From Lama glama (taxonomy: Eukaryota): 64,000 nucleotides of DNA. A model generated the notes under the pieces. It had not been told where the DNA came from and made no database searches. It was given only the letters and a program-made list of their open reading frames with translations. The number at the start of each line of letters is the position of its first letter. The first letter of the stretch is position 1. The stretch lies in NCBI GenBank assembly GCA_028534125.1, contig CM052817.1, positions 32,614,001 to 32,678,000 of the forward strand, read 5' to 3'. A program made the position numbers and the translations under genes. This document shows positions 37,345 through 51,047 of the stretch, piece after piece.

Positions 37345-39651
37345 CTGCAAAGAAAAATATTTTCAACTTAAAAGAGGTCCAATGTGTACTCGGTTTACCA
37401 TGTTTGAAACTCTCTATTACCTGCAGGGTGATGTTTAAGGGAATGTGGGGAAAGAGGTGAGGAGAAAAGAGCCTTCTCGGGAGCAGGTGCTGTGATGCCA
37501 GCAGAGCACGTGCACCGGGCTGGGCTGACTCCACCATGAGAGATTTTCAAGGACAGCTTTATTTAATGGAACAGAGAGATCTAAATTAGGGTTTCCAACT
37601 GATTCAGAGAAAATCTCAGGGTTTAACAGAGAATACCTACCTGCAAATGGAGATAAAATTACAACAGACAAATACTAACTATAGTAAAAAGCCCACCATT
37701 AGAGTGAGAGTTGAGTCCAAAAATGTCAATCACACAAAATGCAAGGTGACATTATTATGCAGTTAATGAAAAACAGTATGTCTCAGGTGGTCTCTATTTT
37801 CCAAAGAGCATAAGAGATGATAAAATTTAAGCCATATTCAATGGCCTTCACTTTGAACTAAGAAAGTCCCAAATTCCCAGATGGCTGCTTCCTGCCACTG
37901 CCTGCCCCCACCTCCCACATGCCGGGAGGTAAGAGCTCAGCCCTGCCTCCTTCTGAGAACAAAGGCCATTGTGAGGTGACATCCATGTTCACCTTATCAG
38001 GCGGTTTTACTGGACTACTTGTAGTTTTCATTTTTGAAATGTCATGGCTTCTCATTCTTCTCTGGTCATCGAGTCTACTTAACATTCCTGTGGTACTGCT
38101 TCAAAGGCTGAAAGAACAGCCAGAATACAGTAATACCCTCGAGTCCTGAAAGCGTCTTTCCTTACTCACAGGGAGTGTCCTAGCACCCGAATGATCAGAC
38201 TTTATTAAACAGTAAATGCTATTTACATGGTGTTAATGACTCAGCCATTGAAACAGGGCTTATCGAAAGAAAACATAGATTGTTCGTTCATTACATGCCT
38301 CAACGTGGACTGGGAGTACCCTGTGCTAGGTCTTCAGAGAACACCTGCCCTCACACAGCTCACAGTCTACTGGAGACACAGGCAATGAGCCATTTACACC
38401 ATTTAGTGTGCACCGCAGGTCAAACAAACCATTTCTCACAACTGATTCCCCCATCTAAACCCCTTCAATAGTCTCAGTGCACGGAGGAATAAAATCCCAA
38501 TTTCCTGCCATGGCCAACCAGCTGTGTGTCCTCAGACCCTGACTGCTCTTCCGACTCACCTCCTACCCAGCCCCACCTCCACTCTGCTCCCGTCCCCACC
38601 GGCTGTGCCATGCCCTCCTGCCTCAGGGCATTTGCAGGGCATCTGCATCGATAGCTCCTTTCCAGATGCTTCCATGGCTGGCCCAGAGCTCAGCCTAAAT
38701 GTCACCTCTTTGGGGAGGACTTCCCCAGCCACTCTCTCCAAACCCATCCAGCCCCTGTCCTGTTGCTGTCTTGCTTTCTTCTGAGCATTTACCACTATCT
38801 GAAACCATCCTCCTAGTCATTGGATTACCAAGAGTCAGAGAAACTAAGAGATAAGCATTTGACATGGACTTGTGATGGGGCTATATATAAACCTAGCACA
38901 CAGAAGAAGTTTCTCAAAATGAACAGAAAAGACATTAAAAAAAAAAAAGAAGAAAAGTAGTTTTAAAAAGAGAGCTTTGGGAGAATTAAAAGGCTACTTT
39001 CTCCTAATACCTAGCTGCCCTCCCCGACACTGGGAGAATGGGAATTTCTAATAAGAGGAGGACACAGGAAGAGGAAAGTGGTTTCAGAACACATAGCACT
39101 TGGAGGAGAAAGGTAAGTTTCTGTGCAGGAGCCACAGGGAGGGACTAAGGCACTGAAGTGGAAAGCAAAAAATACCAAAAAGGCCATGGAAGGATTATTA
39201 AGATAAACTTCACGTATTTTAAGTTTTGCCTGAGGCCATCCCTGAACTTTTCAAAAGAAAAAATTTTCTCAGTCTCCTATGATAGAGGGCTCATGCTGCC
39301 TAAAACACAGTGCTGAGATTTGAAATGTCAGAATTACAGCTCAGCTACAATATGGATTTCATGGCTTCTCTAGACCTGTATCCTAAATTAACCACTATTT
39401 ATTTCATCATTTCTCTGGGACTGAAGTGCATTGAAAATGCATTGTAATTGATCACGAAAATCCCTTCTGGAAGGAGGCGGCAGAGATCTTACATTGAAAT
39501 CCTACAATTTTAGCTTGATTTTTTAACTCTTTTCAAAATCAAAATAAATGACAGATTAAAACATCACATCAGAAGCAACAGGCAGGCATGATGTTAAAGA
39601 AGAAAATTCATCATTCTAATTTGAGGAGCAAACCCTCAAGAATGCAAACCA

Positions 39652-42486
39652 GGGGAGGTGCCAGGACAGCAGAGCGGAGACTCACAGCTTGCCCTCTTCC
39701 ACTAATACACTGAGAATTGCATCTACAAACCCAGCGAACTGCACAGAACACCTACTGAACTCTGACAGTGTCTCTTGCTTTGAAATGCAGGATTCTCACA
39801 AAATCCGGTAAGAGAAAAAGAGAAAGAAAAAAGAAAAACATCAGTGTGGGACCAGTCCTGCAGGGAAGCAAAGGAAGAAAGGCACCCTCACGCTGGGACA
39901 CCACTCTCCAGGCAGGAGGTCAGCGCGGACAGAATTGGAGCTTCCGAGGCTCCGAGGAGAAAGTGGCAGCCGCTTGGCAGACAGAACTAGGAGACACTGG
40001 CACAGAGGGCCCCTGCAATGCCCAGCCCTAGACACGAGCCAGCAGGGACGAGCGGATACTGCCTGCTGGAGATCAGTGATGAGCCCAGGGAGAGGGCTGG
40101 GGCCCACTGCACCAAGGCAGCCACAGGGGACTGGAGGGCGGTGTGAGCTCTGGCTGGGGGTGTATGTGAAACAGAACAGCCTGCAACCCCCATAAAAAAG
40201 CACCATTGCTGTTGTGCATGGGGGGCGGGGGGCCCAACACAGCCACACCAGAGCCCACGTCTCGTCTCTGCTTGGCTCCATCCTTGAAGAGAGGTGTGTG
40301 AAGGCGGGGCTGAAAGCTGAATCCATACCCTGTGGCCTTGCAACTTCACAAGTGGGACTGAGATTTGTTTACAGCCCCAGGCAGAGAGGGTGGATTTCCT
40401 CTCTCTGGACCCTCTGGGACAGACAGGCAGTGAGTGCAGTTCTGGCACACAGCAGGGGCGAGTACGGGCATTTACAGCAGGCTGGCCTGGTGGCTGGGCT
40501 GGGGTCTGCACTGACCCTGTGGCACTCCATGGGTTCAGGTGTGTGACCGCACGCTCGCTAGGCGGGCCCTAGCGCCTGACATTGGCAGATCTGCACTGGT
40601 GGTTCTTGGGGCCCAGAACTAGGGGGAACACCACAGTGGGTGGCCGACATTCCCGCAGCTTAGGCGGGGGACAAAGGCAGCATGAACAAAGAGTCCTTTC
40701 TAAGCCTTATAACAAGTGACAGTCAGCACCACAAAGGGCACTTCCCAGTGGACATCTCAGCTTATTCTTCCCAACTGGAGAGCTCCAACCCTGCCTACTA
40801 CACACCACAGCTCAGAAATGGGTCTAGAAGACCATACAGCCAGAGAAATGTAAGTAAAGTGAATCAGCAGAGGATCCACTCCCAACTAAAAGAACAAGAG
40901 AATTCCCTGAAAGAATGATCAATCAAATAGACCTCGATAGTCTATTAGATCATGACTTCAAAAAGGGGATGATCAATGCAATGAAGGAGCTAAAAGAGAC
41001 CATCAATAGAGACAGAATACTTTAAAAAGGAAGTTGAAACTATACAGAAGAGCCAATTAAAAAGAGAAAATTCAATTGCTGAGGTAAGAGCTGAGCTACA
41101 GGCAGTAAAAAGCAGACTAGATAATGCAGAGGAACGAGTAAGTGACTTAGAAGACAGGATAACAGAAATCACCCAGTCAGAACAGCAGACAGAAAAGCAA
41201 GTAAAAACCAATGAAAGCAATATAAGGGACCTATGGGATAATATAAAGCGTGCCAATCTACACATAATAGGGGTCCCAGAAGGGGAAGAAAGAGAAAAGG
41301 GGATTGAAAAGGTGTATGAAGAAATCATGACTGAAAACTTTCCAAACCTAAAGAAGGAAACAAATACCCAAGTACAGGAAGCACAGAGGGTCCCAAACAA
41401 GAACCCAAACAGACCCACACCAAGACATATTATAATTGAGATAGCCAAAGTTAAAGATAAAGAAACGATTCTAAAGGCAGCAGGAGAAAAAGAGTTAGTT
41501 ACAAGGGAACCCCATAAGGCTTTCAGCTCATTTCTCTACACAAACACTGCAGGCCAGAAGGAAATCACAAGATACATTCAAAGTTCTGAATGAGGAAAAG
41601 CTGGAACCTAGGATACTCTATCAGGCAAGACTACCCTTTAGAGTAAAAGGAGAGACAAAGAATTTCACAGACAAGCAAAAACTAAAAGAATTCAGCAATA
41701 CTAAACCTATGCTAAATGAGATATTGAGAGATCTACTCTAAATAGAAAAGAAGCAAGAAACTATAGAAACGAGAAAACCATAATTGGAAATGCAATAACT
41801 GCAATGAGTTGCAAGAGAATAAACATGAAGATGTTAAAAAAAAAAAAGGACATCAAAATCATAAAAGGTGGGAGGGGGGAGAAAGAAAACATGGATTTTC
41901 TCTCTTTTTTTTCTTCATTCTTTTTAGGATGTGTTTGAGCCTACATGACTACCAGTCTAAAGCAAACAGATATAGTAAGGGGTTAACATATTTGAAAAAT
42001 AGGGTAACCACAAATTAAAAGTATATATTAGAGTCACAAAAACCAAAAAGAAACCAAGCTAATACAAAAGAAAATTATCAAGCCAGAAAAATACCACATC
42101 ATATCACTTATATGTGCAATCTAAAAATAAAATAAAATAAAATAAAATAAAATAAAATAAAGACAAATGAACTTAAGTACAAAACAGACTCTGACATAGA
42201 AAACAAACATGATTATTAGGGGCGGGGAAGGGGACTGGAAGGGATAAATTGGGAGTTTGAGATTTGCAGACGCTAATATATATAAAATAAACAACAGGTT
42301 CATACTGGATAGCACAGGGAACTATATTCAATATCTTGAAGTAACTTACGGTGATAAAGAATATGAAAATGAATATATGTATGTTCATGTATGACTGAAG
42401 TATTGTGCTATACACCAGAAATTGACACAACACTGTAAACTGACTATACTTCAATAAAAATATATATAAAGTTAAAAAAAAAAGAG
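39652..42486 (+). mobile_element. ORF2-less L1 derivative (HAL1-like): 5'UTR + ORF1 + spacer + L1 3' end
   Basis: 12-bp TSD GAATGCAAACCA (39640-39651 / 42487-42498); GC-rich 5'UTR; ORF1p relic; spacer joins the L1 3' end near 42080. Confidence 0.85.
40850..41741 (+). pseudogene. Decayed L1 ORF1p (coiled coil + RRM + CTD)
   Basis: LWDNIKRANLHIIGVPEGEE...EEIMTENFPNL...QEAQRVP...RPTPRHIII...ILKAA; frameshifted. Confidence 0.88.
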
Positions 42487-43467
42487 GAATGCAAACCAAA
42501 TTAAAGCATGAAAGTGGGCCAGAAAAGATTAGAATCATTTCCTCTTTTGTCTCAAACAGAAAAAGCTCAGGATCAGCCAGCATCATCTATTCCCTGGGCT
42601 TTTCTCCTGCACTTGGTTCTTTTGGGGGAGGCTGGAAAGCTGCCACCCCCACCATGGAACTCTCAGCAGTGAGCAGCAGCAGGCAACGCCCAGTAGACCT
42701 CTCTGCATTTCTGTTGGGCAGGTGAGCTCTAAGGCATATATGAGGGCAGGTCTAAGTGAGTCAGACAAGGTCTAGTATAAGGATGATGTAAAATGGGTTG
42801 GGGTGGGGCCTTCAGGAATATCAGTCCAATCAGAGGAGAATCTGATGTTGCGGAAAAGGCACTCTGAGGCTATTCTGCATCCACCCCTCCCAGCTTTAAC
42901 ATCTCGAAGTGCCTCCAGCCTCCTTCATCAGGTATGTATCACCAATATAGACATTTCTCCAGAAAAAAAAAAAAAAGAAAAAAAAAGGAAACATAATTCT
43001 GGGCCACATTTGTTTATAACAAGGTTCCCCAAAGGTTGAAATTATAACTAAAATTAGCCCTTTACCTGGTTGGTCTCAAAGCTACAGCAACTGCCATTTG
43101 TCCTTTTGAACAGCTCAGGAATTTCTTAGATGGGAGGGGAAGCAGTCAGCCTCCTAACTCCAAATTCTCCTTAACTCCCCTTCTCAAAGAAGGAGAATGG
43201 GGAAGGAATACCTTTCCTCCCATTCCTGCACCTACGACCAGCGTTGGCACAACCTTAACTTTTTCTACTCCCCGTGACCACAAAACATCGGGGAAATTGA
43301 AAATGGCTTCTTTTTCACAGGAATATTAGGAGCCCACGCCATAAAGAGAACCACGCAGGAAAAAAAGGGCCATCCTGACCTACAGCACACTTTGCAAACA
43401 AAGAGGTAACAAATGTGTCCTACACACCTGGACCCAAGGAATTTGAGACAAGGACTGAAATGCCAAA

Positions 43468-43483
43468 CCAACAGGAGGCGCTA
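43468..43483 (+). promoter_or_regulatory. Candidate CTCF motif CCAACAGGAGGCGCTA
   Basis: 14/16 match to CCACCAGGGGGCGCTA in intron 5. Confidence 0.35.
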
Positions 43484-44639
43484 AGGTAACTATGGGGTGT
43501 CGGGGCAGGCTCAGACTCCTGGGGATCGGAGAGCAGTCAGCCCCCAGCTCGCACAATACATGACACCCGATGAACCAAGAAGCTCTTCCAGGTTTAAGTT
43601 GGTGCCTTTGCCCTGAAAGATGACTTTCTGACGGTCAACAGCCACAGCAAATCCCTGTAGTCCGTGCTAAAGAGTTCTAAGTGAACCGAACTCCGGCTAG
43701 AACAACTCTGTCACCCAGTTCCCACTGATAAAAACAACACTGCCTTGTTTTGACACGATAAAACGTCTCTGAGCTGGGGTATCCTTAGCAGTGGGGAGGC
43801 CGGCCCTGACCACTCAGTCCACACCGGCACCCCCACTACCAGGCACTCTCCTTCAAAGCGTGGGTCCCTGTCCGAGGATTCCCACTGGAATGTAAGTGCT
43901 AGTAAGATGTGTCTCCAACCCTCCCTCCTCTACCTCCAGTGTCCAGAACAAGGCCAGGCTAATTATAAGTGCTCACAACGCCCTGTTGAAAGGAGGAGAA
44001 GGCAGTAAGGACAGGACAAGGGAATCGTGTCTTTGTATCAACTCTGCGCACGTTTTCAGCACACAAGGCAACATGCAGTACCTGCAGTCATCCTGGCCAT
44101 GTGTTGTGCTTACCCTCCCGGCTCCTTATCTCCCCTCACCTCTCATGGGGCCAAAGTTTTGTCCATGAATGATCTCCACACAGTGCTAAAGGACGGAGGG
44201 GAAGGCAATGCCCTCATCGGTTCTCAGCTCAAAAGGGCGTAATTTTTGAAATAACAGATTAGCTTAGGAAAAGAAAGTTAATGGCGGGCATCTATAGCAC
44301 TTTTCAACTTCACTGTGTGACTCTGTGACTGTGTCTGTGTCTGTGTGAGAGAGAGAGAGTGATGGAGGCCAAAGCATACATCTGTACTAAAGATTAAAAA
44401 CTTATTTTAAACATAATGACTAATGACTTCCACTTGATCCTCTCTCTTCTCAGCAGGACTCTTCTCCAGACCACATATATTTATTTTTAATCTCTCTTGG
44501 GAAAGAAGAAATAGAAAATAATAGGATTATATTGGTTTAACAAAAAGATTATCTCCTGAAGAAATACAGGATTTTTTTCTCCTACTTACTTACTAGCCTG
44601 ATCAAAAGCTCAGACCACAGTCAGAATTCATGAGGTTAC

Positions 44640-44716
44640 CTTAGACAATGGGTAATAGATGTATTCTGCTCCACATCGACAGAAAGGTCAAGAAAATCTT
44701 CATCTTTGCTACTAAC
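44640..44716 (-). CDS. USP46: USP46 exon 5 ([25 protein letters not shown])
   Basis: 77 nt; long T-rich polypyrimidine tract + cAG, donor GTAACC; phase fits exons 4 and 6. Confidence 0.97.
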
Positions 44717-46313
44717 CTGAAGCAAAAAAAAAAAAAAGAAAAAAGAAAGAAGATATTAGAAACATAATACGTAATACTCAAGTAGCTAAAACTCTGAACA
44801 CTTACAGTAACCAAAAACCACAAAGGCAAAGTCATCTGTGGCTTTATACATGTATACTTACTGGCAACCAGTTACCTTGAAAACAATCCAGAACAAGAGA
44901 AAACCCTAAACTCTCAATTTAACCTTATCTGCATCTCAGCTTTGATTCAGACTTTTCATAACTAAACCTCAACTAGATTTATCTTCCTGTCCATTCATTT
45001 CCCCCACTGTTTCAAAGTAGGAAGGATTGCACAGGTAGCCACAGGGCTCAGACTGTCAGAATGGTAACAATGGAAATGCAAGAAGGCCCACAGCCTTAAA
45101 AAGCCTCCTGCTCAGATGATCACCCTGAGTTAAGTTGTCTGTACTTCCTGCCAGTCCCTTAAAATCAGTCCCTTCCTCTTGTGCCATCACTCAAACTGCG
45201 AGTGTGGCCAGGGAGCCTAGTGTGCTATGGGCTGGAAGGTCACACTCACTACACATACAGTTGTCCTTTGGCCCAGGAAGTGTCATCATCTGCAGACCGC
45301 CCCCAATGCTGTCCGTGAGAACAAGCAGACCTGGAGCTGGCCGGGAGCCTTGGCTCACGTGGGCCCATCAGACTGCGGACAACTCTCAGCCAAGCTGGTC
45401 ACCAGCTTTCTGATGCTTTTCTGCCTCCACAGCTCACACCACCCCAATTCGGGGTCTGTGCTCATGGAAGCTCACCAACTGAGGCTTGCCTCCCAGCAGC
45501 CCACCAGCAAGCCTGGTGTTTTTCTTTCTTGGAGTGGGAGGGACAAACTAGCTCAGCAGCAACTTTGAGCTGCCCAGGCAACAGGCAGCAAAACAAAAAT
45601 AATATTCCTGTAAATGTGACAACTATCCTGTGACTCAATACTACACTGCTGGGAAATTATCTAAAGAAACATTCAGGGATGCGGACACAATCCCTTATAC
45701 TTTTCCGAGTACACACAAGAATGGGTACTGGCAGGCTGCCCAGCTCCACATCCTCTCTCTGTCACTTAGAAAGTCGATGACTTTAGGCCAGGTACTTAGC
45801 CTCTCTGCACCTCAGTTTTCTCATCTGCAAAGTGGGGGCAGCAAGAGTATCTATTTCATACATGTAAAGTGCTTAAAGAAGTAAGCACTCAACAAATCAG
45901 GGAGGGGCAAAACATCGTAATGGCCTAAAATGGTCCAAAAGTTGGGAATGGGCTACTGCGCTGTGGGTATCACATAAAATGAAACCTGAGATTGCTCTCC
46001 TGCACTCTGTCATCACCATGAGAAGGGTAACCCAGGCTACCCACTGTTCCCCAGAAGATGAGCGGCCCCCAGAGGAGAGCCATTCTCCCTGAGGTGCCCC
46101 AGCCATGCCTGGTCCAGAGCGCAGCCCCCGCCAGCCTGCAGACACACGCGTATGACAGCTTAAGTACAAATGCATGGGTTTGGCCAGGTCCAGGTGGCTC
46201 AGGCGACCCCCTGCCAACTCATGGTGGCATGAATTTTAGTAAAAATTCAGAGTCAATTTAAGCCCAGAGTCCTGGGGTAGCTTAGAACAGAGCAACAAAT
46301 AACCAACACGTGA

Positions 46314-46756
46314 CAGGCGTTCCTCCTTTTACTGCATTTAGCAGATGTTGCATTTTTTACAAATTAAAGATTTGTGGCAACCCTGTGTCAAGCAAGTCTA
46401 CCTGCAACAGCATTGCTCACTTCATGTCTCTGGGTCACATTTTGGTAATCTGCACGATATTTAAAACTTTCTCATTATTATTATAGGTCTTACAGTGATC
46501 TGTAATCAGTGATCTACATCTATGACTCACTGAAGGTTTGAATAACGGTTACCATTTTTCAGCCATAAAGTATTTAATTATGGTATGAACTTTTTAAAAG
46601 ACGTAATGCTATTGCACACTTAACAGACTACAAAAAGTATAAAAATAACTTATATGCACTAGGAAACCAAAAAATTTGTCTGACTCGCTTCACTGTGATA
46701 TTCACTTTATTGCAGAGGTCTAGAACCAAACCCACAATATCTCCAAGGTGTGTCTG
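46314..46756 (+). mobile_element. Tigger1-derived MITE (Tigger1a_Art-like)
   Basis: CAGGC...cattttttacaaattaaagatttgtggcaaccctgtgtcaagcaagtcta...aatatctccaaggtgtgtCTG followed by TA. Confidence 0.85.
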
Positions 46757-46811
46757 TATATTTTATTTTTACTTGTTTATTGTCTCTTTCCCCCTTATTA
46801 AAATGAAGTTC

Positions 46812-49800
46812 AAAAGACTGGCTTCGGTAATGACTAAGATCCTGACCTTCCAACACTCCTCCAGAAAACTAGAAACTCAGATAACTACAAACAGCAGCTA
46901 CCTGAAGGCATGGAGGACAAAGACCAACAGGCAGATGAGAAGTCTACACTTGGAGGAGGAGAGTTGCAAAGAATCAGTTCATGGTTTCACAGCTTTTACC
47001 TGAGGATCCGTGAGGGAGAAATGCAGTCTTTCTAGACTAGGAGCCAGAAAAACGAATTGGGAAACCATTGCTACTGGGAAGAAGGGAAAGAATCTGAGAA
47101 GGTATCCCCAACTCGGTCTGCCCACATCTTTGGCTGACCCCTGGGCCACACACATGCACAGCGTACACTCACTGCAACTCAGCTAGAGACAGAAGGGCCG
47201 CCCTAAGAGTCAAACTGCTGCCTGAAAAACAGAGTTTGTAAGTTTGAGTCCAACCAAGATAACTACCTGCTAAAACTAAAGAAACTCAAAACTCACTGAA
47301 GAAAAACAACAGAACCCAGAGTCTCTCAAATTTAACATTCTCGATGTCCTAGATAAGATCCAAACTTACCATACGTGAAGAACCAAGAAAATGGAAGACA
47401 TTGTTAAAATGAAACAACTGAGACCAACCCTGGGATGACCCAGGTGCTGGAAGTAACAAATCACAATGTTAAAAAAGCGATTATACATTCTTTGGTAAAG
47501 TGAAATATATACTCATAATGAATAAAAAAATAAGAAATCTCAGCAGAGAAAAAGAAGTCAAAAAAACCAAAAAAAAAAAAACCAGAATCAAATGGAAATT
47601 TCAGAACTAAAAAGTTAATATACTGGATGGATTGAACAGAGAACTGGAGATGACAAAGGGAAGATCTTGAAGACAGAGCAAGGGAAATTATCCAATAAGA
47701 ACAAAGAAAAAAAGATGGAAATAAAAATGAACAGATGTTCAAGAGATCTGTTTGATAATATCATACATGTAATTAGAGTCCTAGAAGGGGAAGAGAATAG
47801 GGCAGAAAAACTATTTGAAAAATAATTGCTGAATATTTCTTAAATTTGGTAAAAGACATATATTTATAGATTCAAGATAATCAGCAAATAACCAAGCAGG
47901 ATTAAATATAAAGAAGGCCAGCCAATGTCAAACTACTGAAGCCAAAGGTAAAAAATAAACCCAAAGTTTAAAAATATCTAGAGAAAAATGACACGTTACA
48001 ACAGAATGATTCAGTTGGAAATTGGTCTCTCATCAGAAATTACAGAGGCCAGAAGACAGTGGAACATCTTTAATGTGCTAAAAGAAAAAACTATTGAAGG
48101 ATTCCCATATCTTGTAGGTAAATCCTTCAAGAGTGAAAACAAAATGAAGAGAATTCATTATTAACATACCTGCACCACATGAAAGGTTAAAGGAAGTTCT
48201 TCAAACCAAAGGGACATGCTACCAGATGGAAATCCGGGTCCTCAAGAAAGAATGAAGAGCATCAAAAATAGGAGTCATGGCATTGTCCTGTGGGGGTTAT
48301 ATTATACGCACATGTAATACATGTAACAACTATAGCATAAGGACAAGGTAGGTCAGGGGTGGAAGAAAATGTGCAACCACACAGTGGTAAATTATCTATC
48401 TTTTATGTGAAATAGTAACATTATAAACTGTAAGAGGACTGTGATAAGTGAAGAATATAAATTATAATCTCTAGAGCAACTGCTAGAAAACAACATACAA
48501 AGATATGCTAAGAGGAAAATTAAAATGGAACTGTTAAATACACACATACACAGATAATCCAAAAAGAAAAGGAAAAAAGCAGAGGAGGAGGAATAGAGAA
48601 ACAAAAAGCTGAGGGGGAATAAATTGCAAACAAATAAGAAAATGGAAGCCTCAAGCCCAACCACATCAATAATTATATTAAATATTAATGGAATAAATTT
48701 CTCAAGTAAAAGTCAGAAATTGAGTTGGATTTGTTTTTAAGCAAGACCAGCTATACACTGTCCATAAGAGCTATACTTTAAACATAAAGACACAGATCAG
48801 CTGAAAATAAATGGATGGAAAAAGATATACTGTGCAAAGAGTTAACATATGCATATAGTTGGCTATATTAATATAAGATAAAACAGGTTTTAGACAAAAT
48901 TATGAGAAATAAAAAGATATTTCCTAATAATTGGGTCAACTTACTAGAAAAACATAATCAAAGTATGGAAGTCCCTCATAATAGAACCTCAAAAATACAT
49001 GAAACTGGGAACACTGTTCACCAATAAAAAGGAATAAACCACATGCTACAACATAATGAATCTCAAAAATGTTACATAAGTGAGAGAAATTAGACACAAA
49101 AGACATATGTTATATGATTCCATTTATACAAAATGTCCAGAAAAGGCAAATATCTAAAGACAGAAAGTAGCTCAGTGGTGGCCTGGGGCCTGCAACAGAT
49201 TAACTGTTGGATATAAGGGATCTTATTGGTGTGATGGAAATATTTTAAAATTGGATTATTCTGATAGTTGCACAACTCAGCAAATCACACACACACATTA
49301 AAAAAAAATCACTGAAAGGATGAACTTTGTGGTACATAAATGGTACCTCAACGAAGTTTGTTTTTAAAAAGCAAAAACATTCGTGAAGCAAAAACTGACA
49401 GAATTAGAGGGAAGAACAAGGCAATCCCACAATTACAGTTAGATATTTTAATATCCCTTTCTCGGCAAATGATATAAAACTAGGGAGAAAATTTTTTTTA
49501 AAATAGATAACCTGAATAACTCTACCATCATGACCTATTAACAATTACAGAATACTATGCCCAATGACCGCAACATATACATTCTTTTCAACCCAGTGGT
49601 TCTCAGCAAGGGAAATCTTTCCTTCCAGGGGACATTTGGCACTGTCTAGAGATATTTTTGTTATCACACCTTGGGAGATGCCGCTGGCATCTAGCAGGAA
49701 GCAGCCAGGGATGCTGTTAAACATGCACAGGACAGCCCCCACCACAAAGAATGATCTGATCCTACAAGTATATGGTTCTATGACTGAAAGACTCTGCTTT

Positions 49801-50120
49801 CAAGTACATTTACCAAGATGGATCATGTGTTAGGATACAAAGCGTGTCATAATAAGTTTTAAAAGACTGAAATCATACAGAATATATTCCCTAACCAAAA
49901 CAGAATTAAACTGGAAAACATTAAGATATTTAGGAAAATACCAAATATTTGAAAATCAAACATACTTCTAAGTAATACATGGGTCAAAGAAAAAAACCAC
50001 AGAGAAATTAGAAAATATTTTGAACTAATGACAAAGAAAACATATCAAAATTTGTGGGATGTAGCTAAAACAGTGCTAAAAGGAAACCGTATAGCATTAA
50101 ATGTGTATATTAGTAAATAC
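46812..50120 (+). mobile_element. Old L1M relic (5'UTR/ORF1/ORF2 endonuclease region), interrupted
   Basis: ORF1-like ...cagaggccagaagacagtgg; ORF2-like ataattatattaaatattaatgga...tatcaaaatttgtgggatgtagctaaaacagtgct. Confidence 0.8.
49594..49796 (+). mobile_element. MER20 (hAT-Charlie MITE)
   Basis: CAGTGGTTCTCA...ggacatttggc...gggatgctgttaaacat...gacagcccccaccacaaagaatgatct. Confidence 0.88.
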
Positions 50121-51001
50121 AAAGAGCAGGGACTGTCTTTTCTGTTTGCTTTAACTGTTATATCCCTAGTGCATAAAGTAATTTCTAGCATTTAATAGGT
50201 ACCCAGTACATATTTACTAAATAAATGAATATGTAACTGAACAAAAGACTGAACAAATGAAAAGATGTCTAAGTGCCAACAGTGGCATCTGGGTGGCAGA
50301 ATTACGAATGATTTTCTTTTTATACATTCCTGTGTCTGACTTTTTAAAAATAATTCACAGGCACTATATTTTTTTAATTAGTAAAGCTTTTAAAAAAATC
50401 TAAATGGCCCTCCTCTGGGAGATAATAAAAGGATTATAACCAACTGAAACCATACATAATTTGGATAGTTAAAATTAGGTTCTACTAAAGCTCTTGTACT
50501 TGAAGAAGGGCAAAAACAAAGAAACACTGTCTCCCTTTAGATGCAAATCTCTTCCTCCACTTAATTGTTACAGGGAGAGAGAAGAAAGGTACAAATCTAA
50601 TTAACTGACTGGAGACAGTTACTGTAACTCTCTCAATTCCCAGGGCAAACTGCTTCCAGAATTAAGAATGTGAGAAAGCACTGCTCAGGTGGACCAGCTC
50701 CACTGGGGACATCAAAACATGGCACTAAACCCTTCTATTCGGATTCTTCTCTCTCCCCCGTCTCACACTGACATAGTCAAAAGCAATGACTGATGATCAA
50801 GCAATATTCTTTTCCTTTTCTCTCTTCCCAGAAAGCTGCCAGAAAATAAAACCATTTTCTTCCCACACACAGGGATCTCATTCTGGTTTAACTGAAAACA
50901 CAGCTTGTCTCCAAGGAAACATATATATCACTAAGACTCCAATACTCTCAGCAGGTCCAGGCTACATCTTATTCTCCTTTCTTCTCCCGCAATTCTGGGC
51001 A

Positions 51002-51047
51002 TGGAGTTCCCCCAACTCTAGTGTTGGAGTTCCCCCAAAACTAGTGT
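51002..51047 (+). repeat. 23-bp tandem duplication
   Basis: TGGAGTTCCCCCAACTCTAGTGT / TGGAGTTCCCCCAAAACTAGTGT (21/23). Confidence 0.9.

Noticed and set aside
39768..40572. Stack of overlapping ORFs, including a possible L1 ORF0
   Set aside because: GC-rich L1 5'UTR is stop-poor; no recognisable similarity to primate ORF0.
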